Positions 1-12,299 of a stretch of 64,000 bases of DNA are shown here, one piece after another. Each line of letters opens with the position of its first letter. Within the stretch, counting starts at the first letter, position 1. The notes below the pieces were generated by a model. That model was not told where the DNA came from and ran no database searches. It saw only the letters and a program-made list of their open reading frames with translations. The position numbers and the translations under genes were made by a program. The stretch covers positions 2,148,997-2,212,996 of the forward strand of contig RDEW01000002.1 of assembly GCA_011109175.1 (NCBI GenBank), read 5' to 3'. The stretch comes from Dicyema japonicum. Lineage: Eukaryota; Animalia; Dicyemida.

Positions 1-36
1 GGACTGGATTCTTTCGCAGTTTTACCCCATTTAGCT

Positions 37-667
37 TCAAAGTATCTTCTGAATGAACGTGTCATCCACTTTGGTCCTCAGGAGAAAACCCTCAATCCGT
101 TCCACTACCACGCTCCTCACTGAATTGATCAGGGTTTCCTCCTCCTCATCTAGAGGTTCCTCACCCCTTTTATGAAGGGCCAGCTTGATTGCCATCCTCC
201 TCGTCTTGTCCAAAAGATTGATTATTCTTTCACTTTTGGGCGAAAAATGCCATCCTTCACATCCGTAGACGAGAGAGGGCATATTAATTCTTTCAAAAAT
301 AAAGATAAACTTCTTCAATTTGAGTTTTCGTAGACACAGAAGTGCTTGGTAAGCCTTTTTTCATTTTGACACCAACATAATCTCCTCTACATCCAAAGCA
401 GACACCAAAATAACGCAAATGATCAACATTGCTGATACCACTTAATGTGTACTCCTGTTGAAAAAATTTTCTATAATATGAAATTCTCATGGCTTTTGAC
501 TTTTCCATTGAGAGACTTAAGCCACGGGATTTATACCACCAGAGAATTTCCTCCGAAAATCCACGTAATCTTTCCTTCGACACTATCGGACTTTTCGAAA
601 TGTTTGATATCAGTACGTCGTCCGCGTAAATAATCACATTAGTACTAGGATTTCTGGGGGATTCCAA
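37..667 (-). mobile_element. Decayed non-LTR retrotransposon (LINE) reverse transcriptase fragment
   Basis: ORF 293-667 has IIYADDVLI (RT catalytic motif) and LRYFGVCF; ORF 37-318 has MPSLVYGCEGW, resembling the LINE RT thumb; the two are in different frames. Confidence 0.75.
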
Positions 668-934
668 CTGCGACTAGATGATAAGACAGTGCGTCATGCC
701 AGACACTATCGAAGGCCTTCGATATATCCAGACGACACTCAGCTGATATTTAAAATTCCTGGCCTGTTCAATCTCAGAGTTCAAGATGAAAAAACAATCT
801 CCACATGATCTCCTTTTTTTACTAAAAAAATTCATCAAGAACATGAAATTATTTGTCTGTTCTCTGGGAGCTTCAGATTCCTTTGATAAAGGAACAAATT
901 CAAAATAAATCAATACAAAAATAATTATTGAAAA

Positions 935-3900
935 CTATTCAAAAAAGTAACAAATTTATTAATTTTTCTTCTTTTCCCGAAATTTCTATGAGATGTGCCC
1001 TCCACGATCTCAGTGTTCTTCTGAAGTTGATCACTCATAAATTTAATCCCAGCATTCACAAATCCAAAAACATCCCACAATCACAAATAAGCCAACCTGT
1101 CTCTCATTCAAGGCAGAGGAGACACTCTTCCCAATCCTATGAAGCAAATCCTGCACAGAAGGGTCCACAGTCATTCTCAAATGGTGGATTCTACAATCCC
1201 TCCTGACATACAACCTCAACAGGAAGAACAAACAACGGCAGACAAACTCAACTCGAAGACAAGTCGCCTGAATACTCCCTATAAGCACAGAGATCACATC
1301 AAGGGCGTAGGAATAAGGCAAAAGCAATAAACAACGGTCCAACTCACTGCAGGTTATGCAAACAGGTACCCCGGTCTTATTGCAGCCAGAGTCTCAATCA
1401 AATAGTCCTCAGGAGAATCCACACCATATACAGCCATCCAGTCACACAACTCGTAGTCACCGCATTCATTCCTCCGTTCGACCTCCGCTCTGAACCTCTC
1501 CACGGCATCATTCAGAGTCTCTGCCTAAAAATCTCCCAGACAAGACTACATCATTCAGAGTGTCACACGTGATCTTTCCAGCCATCTCTACCTCACCTGG
1601 GATATCTCCGGGGACCTAGTATATATCCCATCCTAAGTCATACCACTCTATCGTCATCCTCATAATCCACGTGCAACTTTTCTAAATCCTCTTGTTGATC
1701 TTCTACGGGCACGTGAATCTCCTCAGTCCTTGACCAAAGCCGAATGGAGTTGTCCGAAGAAGCCGTGACCACGTACCCCCCGCACGTGCTTAGAGCCATT
1801 GCCCAAATGGGTCCAAAGTGTCTCTAAACAATTAAATCCGATGAATACGTCCAGAGACATATCCTCTCGTAGTTATCGGCATTCCACTGCCTCAGTTTGT
1901 TGTCCTTAGAAACTGAAAAGAAGTAGTGAGTACGGGGGACGAACCTGAGACAGGTAATACTAGGAATAAACCCAATCCTTGCCTGTCAGAGTGGGCAAGG
2001 ATCCGTTTGACGCAGTCCCCGAAATCGACCCCCCAGATCCTGATCTGTCGGTCGGCTCCCCCCGTGATCACAAATCTGGAGTCGTCTGACACATCCACGG
2101 ACAGGGCAGGCAGAGAGTGGCCGTACAAATTATGAAGTAACTAAAATAAAGACCCACCCAACCCTGAAAGTGTCAACGAAACAGATTTTTACAGTGTTGT
2201 TTAGCAAAGAGAGGACCACGTATTTGTTGTCCCGACTACCATTACAGACAGCAATACCTGAGTCTAACTGCCAGTACCTCGTCTTCCAGTTCATGAGTAG
2301 TCACGTGGTCTAAGGACAGCCGTTTTCTACAATTAAGACGAAAATTCACAGTTTGTCGTTATTCTCTCGTCGTTTATAAGGGAAAACTTCCAAAATTTGG
2401 CAGTTTTGTCAGCACTTCCACTCACAATCGACTTCTAAGATTAACAGAAGGGACAACCAGATCAGGCGAGACATCCATCCCCCATACAGCCGCAAAATGA
2501 GCCTCCACTACTTGGACAGGTTGATCCCCACACGTGTCAAATATGCAAATACTTCCATTCTATACTATTGAGCCGATAATCACCCTGTTTCCTGCTAGAA
2601 CATACTTGTTTCCGGGGGCCACTAAGAGACACGTGGTCAACTTGGCCTGGATAGTGCGTTTACATGCGCACGTGGCTCTGAAATAATGAAAAAGATCGCC
2701 AAACCGATTCCACAGTTTGATAGTGTCAGAGCTGGCTGTGTACAGGGTTTGATTATCCGGAGAAATGGAGACCGCTCTTACAATAGATCGGTGGGAGAGA
2801 CTCGAGAGTGAGCCAATCTTGGAGCTTATCAGGGTTCCCTCGACCACGGAAACGCGGTAAATCTCGATTGTGTTGCAAGTCAGAGAGACACAAGCCTGAA
2901 AATTACAAAAGGGGGAGACAGTGAACAGATCCCCGGAGGAGAGGATCTGGCAGCTCCTGGCTTTCCCTGCCAACTGTAGAACGACCGTCTTGCGGACGAT
3001 ATCGGAAGGTCCCGACTTTTCTTCGATTCCACCGTCCTCTAGTTTTAGCCGTTTTGCCCGAAGCTTTTTGTGCCGTTTTTTCATGATCTTACTAAGCTCC
3101 TTCTCCGAGGTAGCCAAAATAGATAGAAGTGGAGTTTCTTTCCCCCGTTATGACAGCCCATTAATGCCCCTTCCATCACAATTTCCGAGGTTCCTGACTC
3201 AAATTCCCGATCAATGATGCCAATATCTGTGACTCGGAGACCACCATGAACACCAGTGTCGTCTTCGTGTTCCGGAAAGTAAACAATCTCTTCACTTGAC
3301 GAGGATTCAGTGAACTAGGGTCATAAAATGACGGAAACTGTTATTTTAAAGCATTTTATGCCAGAAAATGACTTTGAGATGACAAACAAGTAGCCAAAAC
3401 CCACATGGAAGAGAAGTCCACTGCATTGCTGACCTACGGATTCCGTTTTGAAGCAATGCTGACTGCTGAGCTGCCAAAACTTGAGTAAGCCGTCGCTCGA
3501 GCTAGAATAAGTGAAAATCTAACCACGTGGCCACGACATCGGGGGAGACCATGATTAGGGAGACAATAGGGTTCTTGTGTCCCTTCATTTTATATAGTCC
3601 CTTCTCCTCAACGAGGTCCCAGACAATTATGGTGCAGTCCTGTGACGAAGTGATCATTCGAAGACTGTCAGCCTCAAAGACCATGGAGGTGACTGGACTT
3701 TTGTGTCCGCTCAAAGTCATCAGAAAAGTCAGCTTGGAAAGGTCGTAGACCTTGATTGTCCCGTCTTCAAACCCCGAGGCAAGGTACCTCAAATTAGGAC
3801 TTTGTTTGAGAAGCACGACGGATGAGTCGTTGTCAGAAAACGAGAAAGTCTAAGGTTATGGTTATTAAAACCTTTTCTCTGGTTCGTATGTTGAAAGTTA

Positions 3901-4042
3901 TTATTTGCTCACAACAACCAGTCGTTATGTACGTGTTTGTGGTGTTGAGGTAGTTTAGGAAGATGGCATTCGTTTTGGGGGAGCAAACAATCCCAAAGGA
4001 ATCTGTATGTTCGTATTTCAGATATTGTTTAATAACTGGCAT
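935..4042 (-). CDS. WDR3: WD40 U3 snoRNP/SSU processome protein WDR3 (UTP12/DIP2); micro-introns; at least 3 apparent 1-nt frameshifts in this sequence
   Basis: N-terminus MPVIKQYLKYEHTDSFGIV matches WDR3 (MGLTKQYLRY...FG); WD repeats LASGFEDGTIKVYDL, GHKSPVTSM, LYGHSLPALSVDVSDDSRFVITGGADRQIRIWGVDFGDCVKRILAH; C-terminal UTP12 region LLLLPYSYA...VEFVCRCLFFLLRIH...DVFGFVNAGIKF, stop at 935-937. Confidence 0.93.
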
Positions 4043-4119
4043 TAATTCACCACGTAAAAATCACGTTCATAAATAAAATTATTAAATTAATTAATTTTTA
4101 TTTTAAATTAAAATTTATA

Positions 4120-4699
4120 GTTATTTGTCATGTTTCAAGGGTACACTAATCACATGTGTCATTTTGGTCATCTCGCGACTAATATTACTCCAAGATATAT
4201 TTTATACGAATGTAACTTGGTCTATCTGTCTAGGATTACAATATTTTGCAAGTCCTTCATGGGCAATGAAAATTTCCACGATCCTCCTCATTGAAACTAT
4301 CCGCAATCGAGGAGACTGCATTAAAGTCGATTGGACCATGTCCAATGAGAAGAGCTGTACAGGATTCTTGACCCTTCCGGACTCGTCTCTCCCTTGTCTT
4401 TCTGGGATCACTTAGTTAGTTGAGAATTTTTACTTCTTTCTCTTTGACCCAGTGATCCTGGGGGATAATAAGAAGACCCTAGGCACCCTGTTCTTGATCT
4501 TTAAATAATTCTCAAACATTGGGCTACATCGTGTTTTGGAAAGTACAAACTCAATATTCCGATGTGTACTCAATGATGGATTGTGGAGGTTCCCACTCTA
4601 AAGACTAATTCTACATTTTTTTTGGAAATAAAATATTCAATTTACTTAATCCGAGGGAACTCGTTCGCAATCCACGCAGCAGGCTTCCTCAACTGACAT
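4120..4699 (-). CDS. Possible small spliced gene of unknown function, starting with the 69-bp segment shared with 63509-63577
   Basis: AT-rich upstream DNA, ATG at 4699, GT..AG micro-intron-like segments, ORF 4202-4411; I could not build one uninterrupted frame. Confidence 0.3.
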
Positions 4700-4718
4700 T
4701 TGTTTAATTGTTAAAAAA
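4650..4718 (-). repeat. 69-bp segment identical (inverted) to 63509-63577
   Basis: Reverse complement TTTTTTAACAATTAAACAAATGTCAGTTGAGGAAGCCTGCTGCGTGGATTGCGAACGAGTTCCCTCGGA is found at 63509-63577. Confidence 0.95.
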
Positions 4719-5015
4719 TTTTTTGTTCAAAAAAAAAAAATTTACTTAATGTAAAGATTGGGGATATTTGCCCATTATAAAAATCCATCAAGAGACTGCG
4801 AATAGAGAACTTGGTGGATGTTGTTGAGTGGTTGACACTTCTTTAGTAACTAATAATGCCTATGTCTTTATCGCACTCTCACTCTGTGGACGGCCGCGAT
4901 GAACTGGAGATGCGTGAGAGGAGGAAAGTTACATGGAGAAAACTAGTAGAACAGAGCACGGCACAAACGGAACCCTAAGTATTCATATTTTCATGGGTAA
5001 CGTGGGAATGTACAT

Positions 5016-5850
5016 TTAACTAACTATATTTGGCATGTCAAGGGTACACTGATCACGTGTGTTATTTTTAATGGCCTTCATATTTAGGATTTCGATATTT
5101 ATTTTTATGCGGTCACTAATGTGAGACCTCACCAAATACACAGGGTGACTTCTATTTGGCACGTGGACAGTCCAACTAAAAATAAACAACGGCATAATAT
5201 GATTTCTCTCTTTTCTTGCGGCCTCCGAACTGCTGAGCTCGCTTTTTTCGAGTTGGGCGGTCCTCAAGTTATCAAACCCCCTTTAATATTTGTCTAAATC
5301 TAACCACTCCTTCATTATGAATATTTCATCATTGGAAAGACATCCTTCATAATATTTTACGTCACGTGCTCGTTCAGAGACCTCCTCTTTTTCCATGTGG
5401 TCTTCAATCTGATCAATGTTTGGCCAGTCATCTTGGGTTTCCATTCCAGTGGTCTTTTCTTTCTCCACTTGGTCTCCAATACAACCAAATTTTGGCCTAT
5501 TATTCTGGATTTCTTTAATTGAAATCTATTCTTTAGCCACGTGGTCTTCAGTCAAAGCGAATTTGAGGCAGTCATTCTGATTTCCTCAATGGGGGTCTCT
5601 TCTTTTGCCACGTCGACATCAATTTGGGCAAATCGTGTCCTCTCATTCTGGATTTTCTTGCATATATTTTCATTTTTCACGTGGTCTTCTGTCTTGGTAC
5701 CTTTTAGCGAGTCATCCTGGATATGGAGATCTGTCGGAGACTGTACAAAGTGTCTAAACATAAAACCTCCATTATTTTTGTCATCTCGACATATTCGATC
5801 CCGTCAATCCGTGAGGACTCTTCGTGGATAGGTTCTATCCTGAACAACCA
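5016..5850 (-). CDS. Unknown charged protein with degenerate 23-24 aa tandem repeats (ED[H/Q]V.KE); boundaries uncertain
   Basis: ORFs 5552-5761, 5283-5468 and 5016-5267 can be joined by micro-introns; repeat anchors near 5678, 5609, 5538, 5467 and 5394; one stop and one frameshift inside. Confidence 0.4.
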
Positions 5851-7444
5851 GGCGAAATGACGAATCAAAACTTGCTTAGTTTAGAGAAAACTATCATCTC
5901 CCATTACATTCAATGCGCATTTGTGAAAACTAAAAACGTTATCGTCTGCATAATTCTCTTCTTCCAATGTGTTGTGAAGGATTACGTTATGTTTGTCATT
6001 ATTTAGGACATTGGAGTCTTCCAATGTCTTTGATGTTCACAGGCGGTCTCAGGAGGAAAAAGCTTCTTGTAGAATCAACGATAATTGGTCCGGTGATGGA
6101 AGCCAAGAGCCCCACTCGTCTCTAAGGGGAAGTGCTCAGAACTAAGTTGTGCTAGGGTCCTCCGGATTTCTCAATAGAAGATCTCGGAAACACTCCCATG
6201 GGACCGTTATGAATGTTTGACGCTGAGAATTCACAGATTTGTGATAGTATACTCAGGTTGGGGAGTAGCCTATCTGGCAAATTCCAAGCAAACAACACTA
6301 ATGGGTTATTTTTTTATCAAAGATACAATTTAGAGCCTCTTCTCTCAGAACACTCTGATAGGCAGCTCATATTGGCAAAATCATGGATTTTTGCATTCCT
6401 CATTAATATGCCTCGCCCACGTGTTACATATAAGAGACAAATCTTTGTTCTCCAATATGTCGATTCAAGGAAATAATCAATTATTAAAATCTATGAGCTC
6501 CAATCGAACATTTTGTTCCTCAAAAATTTTTCTGTGGATTTCGGTCTTCCTGAATTGTTTGATCATCTCTTTGGTTAAGTTTAAAGGTTCCAGAATTTGT
6601 CATTAATAAAAAAATCCCTTTTTCCTTTTATGGGATCTGATGCCCGTTTCCTTATATGGATATCATGAATTGTATGCCAGTACCAATTGACTCTCCAGCC
6701 AATTGGCTTTTCCATCCGTGTTATTCGTATATATAAATCGATAATTAATTAGTCTGATCTTAAAATTACCCCGAGCTGTCTATTCTTGAAAAAATTCTCT
6801 TGTTTGATTCCCTGCTCACTGAAGGATTTATAGGGCATCTACTTTGCGACTGGGCGTTTGAAAGCAAGAAATTTTTACTTGTCATTGAAGCTGAGGTAAC
6901 TAACATTTTATCTATCATCGATGGACGGACTGAATTATGTTCTAATTTTTTCCGAAACTTTATTTTCCTTCCAAAATCCTAAACGAAATCTCTCTCTTAA
7001 TTTATAAAGAATTTTACGTAGTCGTGTAGAAAGTGATGGATCACTCTACAAATTTCAGACAAGCCAAAGGTTTTGATGGAAGAGATCATCTCATGTGCTG
7101 AGGTTGATGTCGCAGAGAACCAAACATCTTTTGGAAACAGTATTAATTTCCACGAACCTCTGATTATCCACCTGTATAGTTAACCCCCTAACCAGGCATG
7201 TAACTCTATTTGGGAGAAAGCAACACCTTCACATTGGAATACACTAAAATATTTCGAGTACGGTTTTTTGGAAGACAAACCTAGCTTATGATCTAACCGA
7301 CAATATCTTCAGAAATGTCCATTGGAGATGTGGATGGGGGAAGATCGTAGATACATTAATTTCATTTTAACGAATATTGATTACTTAATTAGTCGGATAA
7401 CTTTTTGTTCATGGATTTAAATAAATGAGTTTGGGTTTATAGGG

Positions 7445-7486
7445 TTTCCCAACCAATAGCGTCACTTTCCCGACCAATAGCGTCAG
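7445..7486 (+). repeat. 21-bp tandem duplication containing CCAAT
   Basis: TTTCCCAACCAATAGCGTCAC followed by TTTCCCGACCAATAGCGTCAG. Confidence 0.85.
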
Positions 7487-7873
7487 AATCACTAAACTGT
7501 TAAGTTTAACTTTTTCCTATAAGTATTTGGGTTTACAGCGAAATGGTAAAATTTTTTATAAGGCATTGATGCAGTTTTGACTATCAGATTATTTCTGAAA
7601 GCTAAAGAATCGGGTTTGGTCAGATTTTAAAAAATGTCGTAGAACGTTGGTCACCTCGGAGACGGGAAACCGGCCATCAGTACGCTAAATAATAAGGGAT
7701 CAAAATGAATCCCTGTGGACTTTTCCCTTCAATAGTATATTTGAAAAATAGCGTTCGCATCTAACATGGGAGTTTCTTATTTCTAGCTACACTTTCATCC
7801 AATTCACTAGCACTTTCGGGCTTCCCGTCCGGGACAACTGACCGATTGTGACTCAGTGAGTTAACATTGCAAA

Positions 7874-8134
7874 TTAAGTTATGGGGGAAGTAATATGAAA
7901 CGATGTCAACCAACTTCTACCAGACAGTCTCCCCAAGAAATCATTAAACTCATGGTTAACTCTGAAGATAAGTCCCAGATACTTTAGTGCGGTTTTTGAT
8001 ACCTCGAATAATATTTCGATAGTTCCGTCAACCTTGAAATCTTTCCTGCCTTTGAGATATCGTGCTACATGACATTCAAGAATAATTTGGAGTCTCTGAC
8101 TTTGCATGACTCGGAGTTGAGATGAAACAGGCAA
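7874..8134 (-). mobile_element. Possible LINE RT remnant
   Basis: ORF contains LKYLGLIF, resembling the RT KYLG motif; no other motif recognised. Confidence 0.3.
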
Positions 8135-10501
8135 TCACTGCATGATCGTCCTAAACGATACCCAATTTGGTCCTCTCTTAAATAGTCTTTTTCTGCAGAT
8201 TTGAAATCCTTCGAAAAAAAATTTCATTGTTTTAGAAATATATCAAATATGATCAGAATAATTAATTATCAATTTATATTTACAATTAACACGTAGAGGA
8301 AAGGACCAATTGGCTGAAGAGTCGATTGGTAGAACTGGTTTTGTTCCTGATCTACATGTAAAGGTAGTCAGGACCCATAGAAGGAAAATGGATTTTTTAT
8401 TATTAAGAGAATGACTTTATTTAGTTATGTTGGTTTGTGGTCAATTAGCATGATCTAATGGTATGAAGAGTCCTATGATATTATTACAATTATTTTGTAC
8501 CTAACTCAGTGATAAAAATACTTAGTTTCTCGACTTATCCTTGAAAAATTGAGTAAAATTTAATTCAAATGTATGAGCCAAGTCACGTACTTCCCAGAGC
8601 CTTAAAGAAATTCAATGTGCCGCTTTCGTTATTCTAGTGGTTAACGGCCGGAAGATTGATCAGGTACGGAGCTCTGGTGTACTGTAGCTCTAGTACACTT
8701 AATGTCTTTATCTTCCCTTGGCGGATATACTTTCCAGTCTTCCTTTTTAATTGACTTTGCAGACAACAGATACGCGAACTTTCAAGGAAGCATTGAATGG
8801 ATCAATGTTAAGGTTAACCCCGTCTTAGTCATTAATTTCTGAATGTTTTTAATATCTTTTCCAGGAGTTTTGATAAGAATGTGTGACCTAAAAAAGTCTA
8901 AAGAAATGGGAAGACCTCCTCGATCTGTGGAGTCTGACTTCAATCACATAAGTGTATCAGGTTTCCGCGATCGCAGAGACAAGTCCATCATAACCAAAGT
9001 TATGGGAACTTCTTTAATGATCCAGTACAGTAGGTAGAGCATAAGGTCTTTTCCTCCGCGAACACGTGGATTGAACTAAAAAGGTTGATTGAAACCCGTC
9101 TAAGACTATACAATACAAATTTTAACGTACAACACTGTCTGGGGGATAGTCATAATTGAAGTTGCCAAAATGGAGGTGTTCCATCTAAGGCGACTGCATC
9201 ATTGGAGACCAATACCCAAGAAGTAGTTTAATCGAAGTTTACCCCCATCATTATCACCGGCCCAAGGTATTGTGTTTATAGGGTCTCCCTTACGTTATCC
9301 TGCAGGAATCCGATTTGACAAATTCTACTGTGCTGGAGGGGACGTTTCCTCAGAGATGGGCGGATGAAGATTCTGTTTTACTTGTAGTAATGAAAATGCC
9401 CCCTCCTCTATGGAGATTGATGCAGAACACAAGGACGGTCGTTCAAACACTACGTTGACACTGGGGTCACATAATTAAACGACAATCTTTTCTTAGAAGA
9501 GTTACTTTACATTTTACTTTCTTTTATTGCTTAGATTAATTGCTTTTTGACATTTCCGCCGTGCCAAGTCATTACACAGCACGTGCAGCACTGAACACCG
9601 ACCTCATTGCAATCAGTGAATCAGAAGAACAAGTAAGAGTCCGTTGATACATCGCCCACAAGGCCGCCTTTGAATCTTCCCTAATTTCAGACTACTAAGG
9701 ACGATGCCTTCAGTCACTCAGTAAACCTTCGACCTATGCCGGAGGACTGGAAGCCAGATCGCCAGAATTCTCCCCAAATAAACAAAAATGTGTCAATTAG
9801 CGGATATCCGTAGTAAATAAATTGACTTTAGCAATTAATGTCGCTAAATGGATATTATTGTCATTACTAATTAATCCCCTTAGAGCCATTAGATAAAACC
9901 TTCACACCTACCCACTTATAAATCAATCCAAAATGTCTCAACAAGATATCCCCCGTAATAATTACCCAAGTAATTATCACTTTAATTGTCGCCTGTCAGT
10001 AACAGTAGGCCAACCAGCTGGGTCACTACAATTAACGAACTATTATGACTTTCCTACCACATTTATGATTGCCAATGAATGGCGATCGATTTGCTGTTAT
10101 TAAACAAGTGGTCTGCTTTTACTGATTTTCCGCTTAATATAAACACCCTGCCGTGTTATAGTAAGTGGGCTTAACAGGTTGTCGGTTATTACTATTTGTT
10201 ACCCCCTATGTGCGCAGATATTGTTTATTCGCTTATATTTGGGGTTATTCCGCTTTTAATGATTTTTTTGAGTATGTTTGCTTTGAGGATTTTCCTTGAG
10301 TGGTTCTTAGCTTTATTCGATTGTTCATTATTGTTTGACGATTGCCATTGAGCAGAGCCATTATCCCCGTGTTATATTTAACAGCAGTTTCACTATTGAT
10401 TCAACCCCGGTAATTCAAAGCCAGTAGTTAAGGATTATTTCAAGTCCCCACTTACGTCCAAATCAATCGCTTATATTAGAACACTCACACACATTTCAGA
10501 T

Positions 10502-12179
10502 ATGCTTACAATTCTGATGCTTCTGTGGCAAACTTCCATGCTTTCAACATTCGAGGTAACCGAAGGAGTGGACTCTGGGACCTTAGTTGGAAGTATTGAG
10601 GACATCAAGGAACAGGACACTGAAATGATATGCTTCATGCTGGATAAAAACGTGGAAAGCAAACTTTTCGACGTCGACAGAAAGAGTGGGAAGATTTATA
10701 CGACCACGTGGATCGAACGAGAAAGCCTCATTAAATGTCGGGGACAGGTTGACTGTTTTGTGAGTCTCAAAATCGCCTGTTCAACCGATAACGACGTGGG
10801 AATCAGCGAAGTGACCATAAATATCGTGGATGTTAATAACAACCCCCCAACCTTCTATCCAAACTATATGGTCGTAGAATTTGATGAAAACGACCCACCT
10901 GAGAAGGAAATTGAGCTTCCCCCACCATACGATTACGACAGTCCCAAAAATGGAATTTCCAACTGCTTCTTAAACGAGAAAAAGGACTGGGTTTCACTCA
11001 GAGTGATAAAGGGAGACATTTGGGCTCTGAACCTGAGTTTGAACCGCGGACTAATGAAGTCGGAGCAAATGATAACAGTGGCATGTGTGGATGGGGGACG
11101 AAATCAACTGAGTGGAAGGATGACTGTTAAATTGGTTAAGAAATCCCGCGACAACTGTATAAAACCAAAATTCGACTACAAAACACTGACAATAGTGCTA
11201 TCCCCCACGACCACCTCAGATTGGATGTATGTCACCACCTTAAAGGCATTCCCCACCTCAAATTCAGTGAAAATTCAGCAGAACCACTTCAGCTTACTGA
11301 AACCAAGGGACACGTTGATGGTGGATCCATTGAACGGCTCGATATTCATCAAGGAGAGCTTAATCGATAACGACAAGCCGATTGAGGTCACAGCGACTGT
11401 TTGCTGCGAAGAACTCTGTGATACCTGTCTCTTGGTTATTCAGGCTAATGTCCACCTCCGTGGAAATGAACTCAAAGTGAGTTTGGCGAGTGCGAGGAAC
11501 GACGGCCTTTTTGTGATGGAAAAGTCAGTATTGGGGGACAAAACACTGGCATATGTCGTTGTGGAAAGTCCCTTGCAAGGAGCAGCCGTATGTGAGTCCA
11601 ACAGATCGGATATCGCGGATATCAAGCGACTCAGTCCTCGTAGTTTCGTAGTCGTCGGCAGAAAGCTTTATAGGAGAAACAACGGTACGGAATGTGTTGA
11701 AATTGTTTGCAAAATCACGGACTTTGTGGGAAAGCCCAAATCAATGTGCATCCAAATCGAGCAGCAAGACATAGTTCTCACCAAAAAATCACCAGAATAC
11801 GTCCCCCAGAAGGGGATAATGGGTCATCTGTCGAATAAGTTATCGTTTGTGGTGACGACCGCTATTCTATCGCTAATGATGCTTCTGCTCTCCACATTTG
11901 TGATGGTCAGATGCTACAGATTACAGAAATCCGCAAAGAGGGAGTATAAGGACGTCTTGGATCCAACAAGTGGACAAGTTTGGTGGATGTAAATTCTAGA
12001 ATAATCCAATATTATTACACAGTCTCACGCCGGTTCGATATATTGAGGAGATCACGACACAGTCCGGTCGTTATTTAATGGACGAATCCCGGGGATACAA
12101 TTTTAACGAGTCGAATGTCTAACTGATAACCTAATAAATACATATTCACTGTTCCTTCCCCCAGATTCACCTTAAGTAA
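10502..12179 (+). CDS. Protocadherin-like single-pass cadherin; large ectodomain+TM exon followed by two small cytoplasmic exons
   Basis: 496-aa ORF: signal peptide, EC1 with FDVDRKSGKIYT, IERESLIKC...C (protocadherin-type Cys pair) and VDVNNNPPTF, then DYDSPKNG and VDGG calcium motifs, TM segment near aa 450-475; predicted introns GTTTGG..TCTAG (about 11978-11999) and GTCTAA..CCCAG (about 12117-12164), stop 12177-12179. Confidence 0.85.
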
Positions 12180-12299
12180 GGGTCAATTCGGATTCCTGGA
12201 TCAGTGGCTCAGACAGAATATTGCCATCCTTGGTGAGACCTCCTTTGGTTGGACCCTCCGGTTTTTTAAGGGGGTTTATAAGAACCTCTTCAAAATTAA

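Noticed and set aside
5941-5952. YADD-coding sequence
   Set aside because: Lacks the hydrophobic RT context and any other RT motif.
8290-8370. GRTGFVPDLHVK, an SH3-like C-terminal motif
   Set aside because: No upstream SH3 motifs or buildable gene; could be chance.
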